A DNA stretch of 64,000 nucleotides from Paraspadella gotoi (Eukaryota > Animalia > Chaetognatha): the NCBI GenBank assembly GCA_051294375.1, contig CM119271.1, forward strand, positions 8,790,692-8,854,691, given 5' to 3'. Positions 1 to 13,570 of this stretch are shown here, piece after piece. Position 1 is the stretch's first letter. Each line of letters starts with the position of its first letter. A program made the position numbers and the translations under genes. Below the pieces are notes generated by a model. That model made no database searches and had not been told where the DNA came from. It saw only the letters and a program-made list of their open reading frames with translations.

Positions 1-2269
1 AAAGCAGGAGAAACTGTGACAAGGGAGAAAAGAGTCGGATAGAGAAAGAAAGGAATAGGGGACAGAGTAGGATATTTATGGAAAGAAGGAGATCTAGGAG
101 AAAGAAAATTAAGAAGGAGATAAGGATAGATGGAAGGTCCAATTACCAAGAGGGGAAGAGGAAATGAAAGAGGAGGAGAGAGAGGAAGAGAAGAAAGATG
201 CACGGAAAGAGGAGGGGAGAGGAGGAGAGTGGTGAGGAAAAAGAGGGAGATACGCGAGAGTATATGATGGAGAGGAGGGAGAGAAAGTGGAATAGGAGAA
301 GAGAGAGAGGAGAGAAAGGAACGTAGGGAACGAGAAAAACGGAGTAGAGAGGGAGAGTGGAATGAGAAGGGCGGAAAAGAGGAGAGAGAGGAGAGAAAAA
401 GAAGAGGAAAAGGAGAAAGGAAAGTAAGAAAGAAGATAATATAGAGAGGGTATGAAAGATAAAGCAGAGTCATAGTCTAGAATAGCTCTGAAGGAAGAGA
501 GAGAGATAAAAATGTAAAAGAGGATAGTAATTAAAAGACAAGAAAGAGAAAGGAAAGAGTAGCACGCGATGAAGAATGGAGAAGAGAAGCGATAAAGTTA
601 GACTGAGCACGCTAGTATGTAGAGACCGGCAAGGTACGTCAGGAATTTGGAAGAGGCACAGTTGCATTGCTGAGCGCAGATCGATTTGATGAACAGAAAG
701 GCCTCCGATTCGCACTTGTGAAAGAGGTCGAGAGGGTCGCAAGAGAGAGGTATTGAATCGAATGGGACAAAAGGCCTATCTTGCGTACTTCAAAATAGAG
801 TATTTGAGTTATAATAATTATCTGTTTTATTCAAATAACGCAGTATTAATCTTGATCTTTACTTGCGCGTCGGTCATTATCTTTGGACAAATAAGCGGTT
901 AGAGCTTTAAGTTGATTGTACTAATGGTAGGTTCTGTTGACCGTGAGGTGCCCAATCAATCCATGGATCGTAGGGTCTTGGGGTGGAGAGAGCAGAGGGG
1001 TGAGACACAGACCTCACTGATCCATAATCTAGATTCTGTATGGAGAGGATGAATAGAGCACAGACGAACCAGCAAGAATTTCCAGAGACTGGGGGGAGTT
1101 ATGTCTTTGGTGCTCTTGCATTCAGACCCAAGGAAGCATCTGGCCCAACGTTGCCTCTGTCTCCATGGAATCGTGTGTGTGTTTCTTGTCTGGCGATCGA
1201 GCGGATCGCTGGGCGGCACGTAGGCGTCTCTCGTCAATGCTCTACCATACTCTCTTCTCTCATCTCTCTCTCTCTCATCGTCTCTCGTCGGTCCTACTCT
1301 CTTCCGCTAGCTCTTCTCTCAATCCGTCGAACCATAATTTGCACGAGTGGGCGACCACATGGCACTTCGCACCGCCTTGGATATTCCACGTGGGCTCGTA
1401 CGTCCATGTTACGGCGCCCGCTTTGGTATCCCGCCCTTAATTCCCCCTCCGACAGAGGCCCCCTTCACCTTTACAGGCGCCGTTGCGGAGGGGAGAGGGG
1501 GGGGGGCGTTGCGCTCGACCCCTGTAACCACTACATAACAAACAAATTTCCGGGGGTTTGCTAATTCTCAAGTGGAGTCGCACTCAGATGAACACATTAT
1601 TGGCACGGATGGAAGCTCAATGGCGGGAACGAAAAAAAAAGCGTAGAATCCTTTTGCTGAACTCTACAGTCTAGTTTATAAGTTTCCTCACACTATATCA
1701 TCTCTGCACATTAACTACTAGCGCCTAACTCAACATGACCTCTATTCTCCCTATTTCCCGATTCAATAATAAAAGTAAAGTGTAATCAACGCGGGAATAT
1801 TTCCACCGCACTAAGGTTGATTTTGATCAACAATCGCTTATTCATTCTACTTGCGGAATATATAATTGTGAGAAGATAAAGCTAAGACGCACTATTTGGA
1901 TAAGACATATAATTAGGGACTTACATAAGTCTGAGCACACAATATGTATCACAAAAGTTACATAAATCAATATATATAATTCTAACATTATAGATAAAAA
2001 AGTATATAATTAATGACTATAATTAAATTACGTATACAAAATTAAAAAATGTTACATAAATTCAAACAAGTTAGTCAAAGGCAAGCAATTAGATAGGGGG
2101 TAAAGAGAGAATCAACACTTGTGTGTGTGAGTAGAGAAATATAAACTATGATATTTTTTCAAGCTTTAAAACTTCGACTATATATTAAACTGGGTTAAGT
2201 TGTAAGCACTCTTATATAATATTAAAATAATCTCGAGTGTATAAAGTTAATTTTAAAGGAGTTTTGGTA

Positions 2270-2360
2270 TAAGAATGTAATGTAATCAGTCTTCAAATTT
2301 CTTGACCACCCAAGCCTGTCCAAAGTGGCAGGACAGATTATTTATTAAGGGTGATTATAT
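2270..2360 (+). repeat. Family A repeat, short degraded fragment
   Basis: CCACCCAAGCCTGTCCAAAGTG matches the family core. Confidence 0.5.
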
Positions 2361-3652
2361 TGATATTATTGATTGCAATTCCATTTCAACTTTCAAGTAC
2401 ATTGAAGAGAAAATTTGTCAAGGTCAGAATATTAATGAATGTATATAACATAAGGGCGGTGTAGTGAAAGTCATATTTACCAGAAAATTCTAAAAGTGAA
2501 AAAGTCATATAACAATCATACCAAATCAGTGAACATTAATTTTGTAAATAAATTTTAATTTTATGTTTTTTCATCACATTTTTCGCTCGCAGTAAACCAT
2601 TATAATTTATAATAGTTACTAATCTTCATAAATTCCGAAAAAGTTTCAAAATAGGGCTTTTGTTCTTATTTTGATTGCAGATATTGAAAATTCCTCGTCA
2701 AAATTGATAAAAGAAAATATAAATTATTTTAAAAAAAATTCTGTTCATTAAGTTGGTTAAAAATTAAAAATATATATTAATATTAAACATTAAATGTTTC
2801 AAGCTTAAAAATAATATCAGTACTTTTTTCCAATTTTGGCACTCTTAACTCGAAGGAATTTTTGTTTAAAAAGAGTTATATTCTCTTTTATCAAACATTT
2901 TTTATGAGAATCAAATCTGAAATTCTTAAAAAAGTTTTGAATTTAGATTATTTGGTAGTAGAGGCTTACTAAGTATAAATATGGTGGTACTGCGGCATAA
3001 ATTGTAAAATTTATTATGAAATTTTTCTTTTTATACATAAATGTTTTGTTAATACAAGGTATGTTCTCCGTTGTTCTCACTTTTAGAAATTTTAAAGTTA
3101 AAAGTTAGTTTAGAGAAATTTTAAAAAAACTAGCCTAATTGTATATTATAAATATGTCACTTTTTTTATATTTAATTTACCATAGTTATGGCAATTTCGC
3201 AGCTGCGTGTAAATATAAATATAAAAGGAATGATTTCCTATTCCCTCCTTGTTCACTGGTACGGGAATATAAAAAAAAAAAAATAGACCGTCGTGTCATA
3301 GTCAAGGAAATGGCCACAAATGTGTTAGGAAAGGGAGGGAGGAGAGAGAACGAACTGGGGATAGGAAAGAAACTCCGATCAACAGATCAATTAACACAAC
3401 AGCACCCAGAGTGTGATCCTTGAATGCCCAGAGACTCATGATGGGAAACGAATGACTGTAGCCAACCGGTTTTGACGGAACCGATCCATGACGGCGAACG
3501 AACCCACGCGCGTCGACGATCGACGGGACGACGGGGGCAGGAACGAATGTAGGAGCCGAAAAGACCGACGACGACGGACAGGAAGACGACGACGGCAGGG
3601 ACGAATGTAGGAGAGGACGGTGACAGGNNNNNNNNNNNNNNNNNNNNNNNNN

Positions 3653-3686
<34 letters not shown>

Positions 3687-3772
3687 CAGGGAAGACAACT
3701 ATGGAGATGATGATGGTAATTGATGATAATATTGACGATGAGGATAATTAACGATGATGAATGATGATAATT

Positions 3773-3828
<56 letters not shown>

Positions 3829-4012
3829 TGATGATGAATGATCACTAGGATGATTGATCATAATGATGATGATGATTGATGAATGAATTATGATTATGAT
3901 GATTATAATGATTCTGATGATGATAATTGATATTTGATGAAGAAGTCAATAATTATTGAAAATTAGGATAATAATTGATGATAGTAATTGACGATGATGA
4001 TAATGATGATTT
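3653..4012. repeat. (GAC)n followed by degenerate (GAT)n microsatellite
   Basis: Direct reading. Confidence 0.9.
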
Positions 4013-4260
4013 GATGTCATTATTCCCCTAAATGTCCAAAACCAATAAATAGATTCCTAGGCTGAGGTTCTAATGTTTCTCTGGCGACAGATCATGACAA
4101 GTCCATCCAACAATACGACTTAAACAATAACAAAGAAAACGTCAATGACTTTTCCGTCAAACTCAAAACTTTGATGGACCGAGAAAGGAAAGAAGATCAG
4201 CCCGGTCATTGTCTTTCTCTCTCTCTCTGCTCTTTCCAACCCCCGGAGCGACATGCCGAT

Positions 4261-4319
<59 letters not shown>

Positions 4320-5218
4320 ACATGACAGAGAGCACGACATGGCCATGACACGATTTGACACGGCGACGTCGCGACATGAAAGTGATTTACGATCGTCGAT
4401 CTCTTCGTCTGTTTAATGTCAACCTTTTTAGTTTTTTCTCTTTTGCTTTTTTTCTTTTAACTCCAACCTTNNNNNNNNNNNNNNNNNNNNNNNNNNNNNN
4501 NNNNNNNNNNNNNNNNNNNNNNNNNNNNNNNNNNNNNNNNNNNNNNNNNNNNNNNNNNNNNNNNNNNNNNNNNNNNNNNNNNNNNNNNNNNNNNNNNNNN
4601 NNNNNNNNNNNNNNNNNNNNNNNNNNNNNNNNNNNNNNNNNNNNNNNNNNNNNNNNNNNNNNNNNNNNNNNNNNNNNNNNNNNNNNNNNNNNNNNNNNNN
4701 NNNNNNNNNNNNNNNNNNNNNNNNNNNNNNNNNNNNNNNNNNNNNNNNNNNNNNNNNNNNNNNNNNNNNNNNNNNNNNNNNNNNNNNNNNNNNNNNNNNN
4801 NNNNNNNNNNNNNNNNNNNNNNNNNNNNNNNNNNNNNNNNNNNNNNNNNNNNNNNNNNNNNNNNNNNNNNNNNNNNNNNNNNNNNNNNNNNNNNNNNNNN
4901 NNNNNNNNNNNNNNNNNNNNNNNNNNNNNNNNNNNNNNNNNNNNNNNNNNNNNNNNNNNNNNNNNNNNNNNNNNNNNNNNNNNNNNNNNNNNNNNNNNNN
5001 NNNNNNNNNNNNNNNNNNNNNNNNNGATTGGAGACTAAGTTAGTGAGAGACGAAAACGACCGGCAGCGAAAGAAGAGAGAGGGGGGCGTGGAGGGCGGAG
5101 AGAAGTAACGACGGAAGAAATAAACAAAAGGCCAACGACTAGAGAATTTGATTTCTTTAAAGTTAAACGAAACGTGATTTTCGGACGGAATGAATTTTGT
5201 ACGTAGTAGGATGTTATG

Positions 5219-5235
5219 AAGTAGTAGTAGTAGTG

Positions 5236-5298
<63 letters not shown>

Positions 5299-5304
5299 TT
5301 AGTT

Positions 5305-5343
<39 letters not shown>

Positions 5344-5367
5344 ATAGTAGTAGTAGTAATAGTAATA
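5219..5367. repeat. (TAG)n microsatellite
   Basis: Direct reading; it is the source of the poly-V/T/L pseudo-ORFs. Confidence 0.95.
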
Positions 5368-5718
5368 ACACTTGTAGCCTTTTTCTGAAATTGATAAAAG
5401 AAATATCTTATACTTAGCAGCATCTCTAACATTACTTTTAAATTAGTCATAGAAATTGATAAATAAGTAATAAGTATCATTAACTGAGCACATATCAACC
5501 TAGAAAGAGAGAGCTTCAAATGCTCATTCACAAATATTGTAATTTTTCTAACTGTTTGAACAATTTAGTACTTGTCAACTTATTCAAGATTAATATCTTA
5601 AACTTGGATCTAACTTTTGCTCGATATTTGCAATATCCTACCTTCAAGTCAGCGTCGTACTCTGGGTGCTGAAAACCTTAGATCATAAGTTTATTATCCC
5701 TAGAAGAACTCAGCCTCT

Positions 5719-5790
5719 GTGAGTGAGTGAGTGAGTGAGTGAGTGAGTGAGTGAGTGAGTGAGTGAGTGAGTGAGTGAGTGAGCGAGCGT
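5719..5790. repeat. (GAGT)n microsatellite
   Basis: Direct reading. Confidence 0.95.
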
Positions 5791-5876
5791 GCGAGAGACC
5801 TCAGCCTCAGTGAGTGGGATCTCACCGTCGGGAAAAGACGGAACCTTTGAAAAAGAGTCACGCCGATTTCATCGTG

Positions 5877-6055
5877 ACGAATGACGATAGAAGATAGATG
5901 GGAGATGAGAGATGAGAGATGAATTATGAATGACGAATTATGAACGACGATCGATGAATGACGAATTATGATTGACGAAAGTTGAATGACGAATTATGAA
6001 CGACTATCGATGAACGATAATCGATGAACGATGATTAGTGAACGATGAGCGATTA
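5877..6055. repeat. Degenerate ~14-bp minisatellite (GATGAACGACGATC / GAATTATGAATGAC)
   Basis: Recurring ATGAATGACGAATT and ATGAACGA(C/T) units. Confidence 0.7.
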
Positions 6056-8307
6056 TTTATAGGTTATTTAATTTTTTTTTTTTTTAATATCAACGCAACT
6101 GATAAGTTTTACCATAGATCGCAATAGTGTAACAAAAAAGTTACTCTTTAAACTATTTACAACTATTTGCGACCCTCTGAGAAAGAAAACTTAGAGAAGG
6201 TGTAGATTTAATATCACATTTCCTCTCTTTTTTTTCACTTCTCTTCTCTCACTCTTTTTTTTCTATTTCAAGCTTTCATCACCAACTCTTCCTTAATATC
6301 TCTGAACATCTCTCTTCCTTTCTCGCTTTTCTTTCTTCTTCTCTCTTCTTCCCTCTCCCCTCCTTTCCTCCCTTCCTCCCTCTCCCCCCCCCTCGCCCCC
6401 CATTTTCCCTCTCAGTAGCCTCGAGAGATTCAAAGCTGTCATCGAGTTTCTGTTCCTCAGTCATTAACTTCTCGGTTCTTGTCTTTCGACGGGAGTCGAT
6501 TTTAGAATCACCTCGCTAACCTTCATTCCTCTCCGCTCTCTCATTGGTCCGCCGCTTCTGTCTTCCTTCACCACCATTGGTCTATTTCGACTCCCGACGT
6601 CACGCGATTCGTCCGTTTCGAGACTCTATCTTCCTCTTCCTTCCTTCCGCTCTTCCTTCTCCCATAGGAATACACTTTGGGGCGCGCGGAGAGAGTTGGA
6701 GTCGCTGGCGTTCAAAGGTCGACGATCTTCTGGAAGACGTTCCAAGAAAAGAAGGGGGGGTTGGAGGCGAGCGTGAACGGCGTCTCTGTCTCTGTCTCGC
6801 TTTCTTTCCCCCGGGGGAGAAGGGTGAGAGAGAGACAGAGAGACGGAGTCGCTTGGGTGTTGTTTGCTTCGATGTTTCTTTTATTTTCGGAACTCCTGAT
6901 TGAGAAGGATCGAATATAATTAATAATAATTATAATTAATTATAATAATTATATTGTATCGTTTTAAAAACAAATAATATTTATCTACAAAGTTATAATC
7001 CGAACTATAATAAAATAGTTTTTAATAATAAATACGTAAGGTTTCTTCATAACTGATACGAAATCCGTCTCGTAATCAAGAAAAAAAAAATTTTTGGACA
7101 GAAACTGCTGAGGGGCAAAAATTATCCCAACTCCTTTGTGGCTTACCACCGACCACAGATGTCAATTCTAATCTGAGAAGGCGAGAAAATAGTTTTTATT
7201 GCAGTTAAATTCTTTAAAATTATTATATTCATAACCTGACACGAAACCATAGCAACCAAACTTTCCCATCAAGCCGACCCACTTCGAGCCGCGTCGAATA
7301 AAATTTTTATGATCAATGATAATTTTNNNNNNNNNNNNNNNNNNNNNNNNNNNNNNNNNNNNNNNNNNNNNNNNNNNNNNNNNNNNNNNNNNNNNNNNNN
7401 NNNNNNNNNNNNNNNNNNNNNNNNNNNNNNNNNNNNNNNNNNNNNNNNNNNNNNNNNNNNNNNNNNNNNNNNNNNNNNNNNNNNNNNNNNNNNNNNNNNN
7501 NNNNNNNNNNNNNNNNNNNNNNNNNNNNNNNNNNNNNNNNNNNNNNNNNNNNNNNNNNNNNNNNNNNNNNNNNNNNNNNNNNNNNNNNNNNNNNNNNNNN
7601 NNNNNNNNNNNNNNNNNNNNNNNNNNNNNNNNNNNNNNNNNNNNNNNNNNNNNNNNNNNNNNNNNNNNNNNNNNNNNNNNNNNNNNNNNNNNNNNNNNNN
7701 NNNNNNNNNNNNNNNNNNNNNNNNNNNNNNNNNNNNNNNNNNNNNNNNNNNNNNNNNNNNNNNNNNNNNNNNNNNNNNNNNNNNNNNNNNNNNNNNNNNN
7801 NNNNNNNNNNNNNNNNNNNNNNNNNNNNNNNNNNNNNNNNNNNNNNNNNNNNNNNNNNNNNNNNNNNNNNNNNNNNNNNNNNNNNNNNNNNNNNNNNNNN
7901 NNNNNNNNNNNNNNNNNNNNNNNNNNNNNNNNNNNNNNNNNNNNNNNNNNNNNNNNNNNNNNNNNNNNNNNNNNNNNNNNNNNNNNNNNNNNNNNNNNNN
8001 NNNNNNNNNNNNNNNNNNNNNNNNNNNNTGGCCGATGAAAGGACAGGTGTGCGTCGGCAAATGTCCGCACAAGAAAGGATTTGGTCCCATTGTCGGTCTC
8101 TTTGATGACCTTGCGATCTTCGTTTCTTTTTATTTCATTAATTGCAATCGACAGTCAAGCAGGACTAACAGCAACTCATCCTTGAAGACAGTGATAATAG
8201 AGTAAATTGCTCTTCTTCCTTATCCTGACAGCGATCCAACTGCGTACGACGGGATCATCGACTCATAGTTTTCCTTCGTCTGATTGTTCGTCTGAAAGTT
8301 CCTTCGT

Positions 8308-8542
8308 ACAATGAAAACATTCTTTTAAATAAAATGCGACTTCATTGATAAGGAAGCCAGGTACTCTGGGATTGAATAAACCCGTCTGTGAGAGAGTCTT
8401 GATTGAAAGCTTACAGGGTCCCGCTATCTTCTGTGTTGGAGGGCTTAAACCACCGTAGCCTGTCCATTGTCCAAAGTCACGGACAATATAGCTATTTAGT
8501 ATTAAATGAATGGATAATTGTTCTCTTGGTTGTACCAATTTC
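8308..8542 (+). repeat. ~250-bp interspersed repeat, family A (unclassified short element)
   Basis: The core GTACTCTGGG..GAATAAAC..CTGTGAGAGAGTCTTGATTGAAAGC..AAACCACC..AGCCTGTCCAAAGTCA..ATAGCTATTT..TTGGTTGTACCAATTT is shared with copies that have different flanks at 10160, 24160, 49290, 49600 and 59200. Confidence 0.85.
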
Positions 8543-9167
8543 ATATATTCCCAGTCACGTCGCTTATTCCTTCTCACAGAGTCAATCACCCACCTCCTCA
8601 TTTTACCGTTCCCCTCCCACAGGACTAATTTCTTCACACCCCCCCCCTCTCCACGCTCCAACGGCTTCGAGAAAGAAAATCCCCCAAAAAAAGTCAGAAA
8701 CTAAATTGAAAATAAACAATAGTAGAAACGTGACCCGATTGACGTCGTCTTCATTATCGTCGTCGTCGTCATTGTCGTCGTCTTTTAAGGTCACTATCGT
8801 CGCTGCTTGGCCGACTCGAACATTAGTCGTTGTTGTTATCGTCGTCCTTGTTGTTGTTGTTATTCTTTTTTTCCGTCTTAAAGAGTCATTCCTAATCATC
8901 TTTTTCGTCATCGTTGCCGTCAGAAAGAATCGTCTTAGACGTCAAGAGTAGTCCTCGTTAGCGTCTAGGCGTCACGGTCGCCGTGAGCGTGATAGTCGTC
9001 GTCTTCGTAAAAGTTTTCTTCGACTTTGCGGTTAGCGTCATCTTCGTCGTCGTTGTCGTCTTCGTCGTCGTAGTAGTTGTCATCGGGATCGTCTCAAAAG
9101 TCAGAGAGAGTCGAGTCGTGAAGTTTTGATTGACGGTTAGTGATTGATCACGTGTTATCAAGGTTCG

Positions 9168-9429
<262 letters not shown>

Positions 9430-9964
9430 CCCCAGCAGTCTGCCGAGAAGAGACAACCGCGTTGATCTACCGCCTTCCCTTCTCATCAAGCATCGATCGC
9501 CAATCTCCCATCGAAACGGATCCTTTAATATATTTTTACATAAAATATAAAAGCCATAAAACGCGCGAGGACTTCAAAGTTCGAAAACAATAAAGTCGGC
9601 GTCGAATGATTAATTATTTTTGATCGAAGATCCTTAAAAAAAAAAAAAAAAAAANNNNNNNNNNNNNNNNNNNNNNNNNNNNNNNNNNNNNNNNNNNNNN
9701 NNNNNNNNNNNNNNNNNNNNNNNNNNNNNNNNNNNNNNNNNNNNNNNNNNNNNNNNNNNNNNNNNNNNNNNNNNNNNNNNNNNNNNNNNNNNNNNNNNNN
9801 NNNNNNNNNNNNNNNNNNNNNNNNNNNNNNNNNNNNNNNNNNNNNNNGTCGTTGTTGTTGTTGAAAGGTATTTCAAAAGTTGTTAAATTGGCGTGGTTGA
9901 AAATATATAGATTGGTGACTTTGAAATCGGAACAATTATTATAAAAATAATTCATTTATTCAAT

Positions 9965-10390
9965 AAAAACCTTATCTCGCCCCTGGCTTTGGTCGGACTA
10001 TGTTGGGTTAAGCCTCTTTTCCTCTTACAAGATGATAACAAAGTAGAACCTTTCACGGTTTCAATTAACACTCTCTCACTGTCTTGTTTATGAAAGCCAT
10101 GAGTGATTTGCTACCGTATAAATGAGGTAATAATATTGAGTGTATATAATAATGAAATAAAATTGGTAGAACCAATAAAAAAAATTATCCATTTATTTAA
10201 TAAATAGGCTATCTTGCCTCTGACTTTGGACAGGCTTTGGTGGTTTAAGGCCTCCATCACTCTTACAAGATAATGACATATCATTTTCCTGCAAGCTTTC
10301 ATTCAAGACTCTCTCACAGTCTCGTTTATTCACACCCAGAGTACCTGGCTTCCCTATCAATGAAGTGGTATAATATTTCAAAGAATGTAT
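9965..10390 (-). repeat. Family A repeat: diverged partial copy (9965-10090) plus near-full copy (10160-10390)
   Basis: Reverse complement of the 8308-8542 core, e.g. GCTTTCATTCAAGACTCTCTCACAGTCTCGTTTATTC and TGACTTTGGACAGGCT. Confidence 0.8.
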
Positions 10391-11380
10391 TAAAACACCA
10401 CTCCCTTAAGTATTAAGTATTAAGGGATAATATTTTTTTTCTACACGTTCACGTGCTTGTTCAATTATGGATCGTCACACACTTGAAAAATAAACTTCAC
10501 GTCAGAATTTCCCGCCAGATCTTAAAACGCACAATTTTAATGACAATAACGTCAGTTAAGAAAAATGAACTAAACATAATCGATGCTTTGAATTATGATG
10601 GAGAAAGTTCAAATTGATCATTAATATGGGGGCTGTCTTGTGTCAAACAGTCTCTCTCTCTCTCACTCTCTCTCTCTCTCTCTCTCTNNNNNNNNNNNNN
10701 NNNNNNNNNNNNNNNNNNNNNNNNNNNNNNNNNNNNNNNNNNNNNNNNNNNNNNNNNNNNNNNNNNNNNNNNNNNNNNNNNNNNNNNNNNNNNNNNNNNN
10801 NNNNNNNNNNNNNNNNNNNNNNNNNNNNNNNNNNNNNNNNNNNNNNNNNNNNNNNNNNNNNNNNNNNNNNNNNNNNNNNNNNNNNNNNNNNNNNNNNNNN
10901 NNNNNNNNNNNNNNNNNNNNNNNGGTCGAAAATATAAATCAAAAGTATTTAGTGACAGATAGAGAAAGAAATAGAGGAACGAAGAACGATGACTATAAAT
11001 TTAAAAGCGCGTAGTATGTTAAATGAAACATTTAATGGTTTGACTTTAAGTTGAAAAAAAAATACGGAGCAATGAACTTGAGAGTCGCCAAATGAGTTAA
11101 GGCGCTGTCTGTACGTCCGTTCGTTTGTCTGACAAAAAGTTGGAATGAGAAAAAAATGCGACTTCAGTTGACTTCAAAAGATATTTCTTAGATGGGGAGA
11201 TAAATTTTCAAATGTATAATCGAATACAATGCTGAATATTAATTGTATTTATCAATAGGAACGAGCCAAGCTATAGAAAGAGGAAGGAAATAACGAGATC
11301 TTATCTTTTTGACTCTGTCTCTCTCTCTCTCTTTCTCTACAGCATATTCAAAATATAATCAATCAAAAACGTTTACTGAC

Positions 11381-11446
<66 letters not shown>

Positions 11447-11591
11447 TATCTCGCGGAGGCCCCTCATCGAGCATATTTTCTTTAAAGCGAAAGACTCAGG
11501 GCCCCGATTTTACGACTTAACAACCCCATAACTTTGGACGCAGAGTGATGAACGTGGAAGAGAGGAGGTAGAGGAGAGAGAAAGAGAGAGA

Positions 11592-11625
<34 letters not shown>

Positions 11626-13570
11626 AGAAGAAGAGAAAAGTTAAAAAAAAGTGAGAGGATGCGTCAGAAAAATACGGGAGAGAGGGGGGCAGAGAGAAAA
11701 GTGAGAACGAGAGCGCGGGGTGTTCGCGAAAAAAAGCAGATAACTAAGTGGACGCCGACGTCGGCAGAGAGAAAGATTTTTTCTTGGTCGCTTTTTTNNN
11801 NNNNNNNNNNNNNNNNNNNNNNNNNNNNNNNNNNNNNNNNNNNNNNNNNNNNNNNNNNNNNNNNNNNNNNNNNNNNNNNNNNNNNNNNNNNNNNNNNNNN
11901 NNNNNNNNNNNNNNNNNNNNNNNNNNNNNNNNNNNNNNNNNNNNNNNNNNNNNNNNNNNNNNNNNNNNNNNNNNNNNNNNNNNNNNNNNNNNNNNNNNNN
12001 NNNNNNNNNNNNNNNNNNNNNNNNNNNNNNNNNNNNNNNNNNNNNNNNNNNNNNNNNNNNNNNNNNNNNNNNNNNNNNNNNNNNNNNNNNNNNNNNNNNN
12101 NNNNNNNNNNNNNNNNNNNNNNNNNNNNNNNNNNNNNNNNNNNNNNNNNNNNNNNNNNNNNNNNNNNNNNNNNNNNNNNNNNNNNNNNNNNNNNNNNNNN
12201 NNNNNNNNNNNNNNNNNNNNNNNNNNNNNNNNNNNNNNNNNNNNNNNNNNNNNNNNNNNNNNNNNNNNNNNNNNNNNNNNNNNNNNNNNNNNNNNNNNNN
12301 NNNNNNNNNNNNNNNNNNNNNNNNNNNNNNNNNNNNNNNNNNNNNNNNNNNNNNNNNNNNNNNNNNNNNNNNNNNNNNNNNNNNNNNNNNNNNNNNNNNN
12401 NNNNNNNNNNNNNNNNNNNNNNNNNNNNNNNNNNNNNNNNNNNTTTTTTTTAGCGGTCGACGGTTTTAAGGCGGATTTTTCGTTACTTCGAGTTTCGTTT
12501 TTAAACGAATAAAAACGTCAGACTTTTGCTGGAAAGGCCGTCATCTGCTGTGTTGACGAGGACGAAGACAACAACAATAACAAAGACGACAACGACGACT
12601 ATAAAAACAATGACGACGACGACGACGACGACGACGACCAAGACCCTGTCTCCGACAATCACCAAAATCGTATCAGACAACCGAAGCAAAGAAAAACAAA
12701 AACATAAACAATCACAAATTCTTTATCTCCGCTTTCATTCTCGAAAAGCCGATTTGGTTTCATCGTAAACAATTTGGGGATTTCTTACTTGGGAACCCAT
12801 TTCTCGAAGCTGAGGTAGAAAAAGAGAAGGATCGAAGAAATAATTTAATAAAAAAATGGAAAGAACGATTCAGATATTTTCGGAGAATATTCGCAGAGGG
12901 GAGGAAAAATAAAGATACCACATGAAGAGAAACAAGAAAAGGAGAGCTCGAGGTGTTGCACCGCAGTCATGCGATGACTTTTTTAGGTAATTACGTTACC
13001 GAGCAAATATGATGCATGTACATATTAAAGGCTTTATGGTACCTTACCTTTTTGCTAAGTATGAACTTAATTGATCGCGTTTAACCCGAGTTATGGACAT
13101 TTAAAAAGGACAGACCGACCTAACGACAATAAACTCAAAGAGTTGTTCAGCGAGTACTCGCGGCGCAACTAAAAATAGGGTGAGTGGGGAGAATTAGATT
13201 GAAACGCGAGAAGACAAACCCAAAGGATAAGACGAGGGTGAGGACAGAGGAGGTAAGTCAGGAGAAAAGGGGGTGAGGTGAACGAAGAGGAAGAAACGGG
13301 GAGGGAGTGGGGAAGAGATGATGATGATGATGATAAGATATTACTAAAAACGCCCGGGATGAGGAGAAACAGCCCTTAGGGCGATCCTATTTTGCGGGCC
13401 CTCCTCGGGGTCTTACCGCGCCCCTGGCGGGGTCTTACCGCTTAACTATCGATTTGTAAAAGTTTCAAAGTAATTTTAAAAAGATACTAGTGTATTTAAA
13501 AATATATATATATTAGGGTATCCTAACATGACAATACTTTTAAAAAATGCGAGCCCCCGGCGGGGTCTTC

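Noticed and set aside
1-620. Purine-rich scrambled tracts (also ~28300-28660, 29220-29500, 62640-63540)
   Set aside because: These are low-complexity A/G or C/T tracts, probably degenerate or mis-called microsatellites, with no informative structure.
1040-1564. 174-aa plus-strand ORF
   Set aside because: It crosses CT-rich noisy sequence and has no recognisable domain or splice structure.
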